Assembly (NCBI GenBank): GCA_001687465.1
Contig: LVLI01000006.1
Location: 62,001-126,000 of the forward strand
Direction of reading: 5' to 3'
Length of the DNA: 64,000 bases
Source of the DNA: Halocafeteria seosinensis
Lineage: Eukaryota
Under the pieces are notes generated by a model. That model ran no database searches. It was not told where the DNA came from and saw nothing but the letters and a program-made list of their open reading frames with translations. The first letter of the stretch is position 1. The number at the start of each line of letters is the position of its first letter. A program made the position numbers and the translations under genes. This document shows positions 62,801 to 64,000 of this stretch, in pieces.

Positions 62801-64000
62801 AGGTGGTAGTAAGGATTCCAGACTCTTCCAACAGCTATAGTACAGGAGAAATCGAATTTTATTCCCACAGAATACCTGAGGCTCGGCCTCTTACTGCAAC
62901 ACTGGAAGTTTCATGGAGCACAGTCCAGGCTTTTTCGGATAAGTATAAGCTTGACTGGAATAACGATATCACACAGGAGTACTGTTCGGAAGCAATGAAG
63001 TACGAATTGTTGCAAAATGCAGCGGAAGCTCTGTCCTGTGTCGTATACGGGTCGAATTCCCACCACAGGAACCGTTTTCGAATAGTGGAAGTTCCCCCAG
63101 GACAGAGTCGGCGACAAAGGGACTGGGACAATATCGGCGAGGAAGTCAATCCTGGCATGGTCGCGTTTGCGCAGGCTCACTTTGCGCGCTTTAGCATCGA
63201 CCAAGAAGATCAGGAAACCGAATCGACTGACGTGACTCTCGTAACTGTTTACGAAGACACCCATGGAACCCTTCCTCTTCAGCGGGATACTATAGCAGTA
63301 TCTCGTCTGCCTCCTGATGACGCCACAGCTAATGCGTGCTGCAAGATTCCCGGTATTCTCTACCGATTCCTCTTCGCATATCCCTTCATTATGATATTTG
63401 GTCTGTCTAGCTGTGTCGCCAGTTACCATTTAGTTGTGTATGTAAGCTGTTACTTGGGTTCTATTGTAAATGGTTTCTTTCTTGGTCATAGAGGCGTATT
63501 ACAGACAGCGGGTGAATTTGCCGTGGGGTTTGCATTGCTGATTGGATTGCTCAACGTTCTGCTTCTAATTTATTTGTCTTCACTTCACTGGATCTCAGCA
63601 AGTCTCCGCTCTGAGTCTCGGTTATTTTTGGGAGTCCTGAATAAACTTCCGAAGACGCTGTCGAAGGCAATACTGCGCTTTTTGTTTCGGTTGTGGAAAA
63701 AAGCGATTCGAGGGTCGTTTCACTTTGACCTCATTGGGGACATCCCGCGAAGGCGCTCAGTGATATCCTTCTTCCAACTTATTGCACTTGCTGCTTTGGA
63801 GCTAGTCGTCATGCCGTTGCTATTCGGATTTACCGCTTTCTTAATAACCGATCCTCTGTTATTCAGTCAGACTTTGAAGGAGGACGTTGTTTCGGAATCC
63901 CCCGTGGAGCTATTGGGATTATTGTTGCAATTATGGTCCCCGGCATTCTTTGGAAAAATTTTAGTCGTCGGATATGCAGTTCGATTATTTTTGGGTGAGA
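59892..64000 (+). CDS. RING-CH multi-pass ERAD E3 ubiquitin ligase (Doa10/MARCH6-like), 3' partial
   Basis: CRIC...LRAPCKCGGSVKHVHQSCLEEWL...CDLC; after an intron (~60459-60525) a long multi-TM frame (EVLGIRGS) continues toward the window end. Confidence 0.88.

Noticed and set aside
1..64000. tRNA, rRNA or telomeric repeat arrays
   Set aside because: None recognised by eye; a covariance-model scan was not possible

Overview
Gene-dense eukaryotic nuclear DNA with short (~55-110 nt) GT-AG introns and very short intergenic gaps. PACRG suggests a flagellated protist; the taxon cannot be fixed from sequence alone. About 27 coding loci are recognisable: a tandem class-3 lipase cluster (two intact copies, one pseudogene), a Fam20/four-jointed-like kinase, GLT1D1, a DGAT2-type acyltransferase, proline iminopeptidase, DCTPP1, POT1, Rae1, TatD, MAPEG, a CAP-Gly protein, RBBP4/MSI, RPB4, an F-box protein, a Gemin8-like protein, a Cys-repeat surface protein, YIPF6, PACRG, an iso-orotate decarboxylase-like amidohydrolase, REV1 and a partial Doa10/MARCH6. 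A decayed Mutator (MULE) element with degenerate TIRs lies between two divergent orphan paralogs. The most notable observations are Rae1 spliced in frame to a ~325-aa Nup98-like GLFG domain, POT1 with an extra N-terminal OB-like domain, a dispersed (CA)n-associated TIR-like motif, and precise intron presence/absence between tandem lipases. All family calls come from motif recognition by eye, with no database searches. Gene models were spliced by hand, so some boundaries are approximate.
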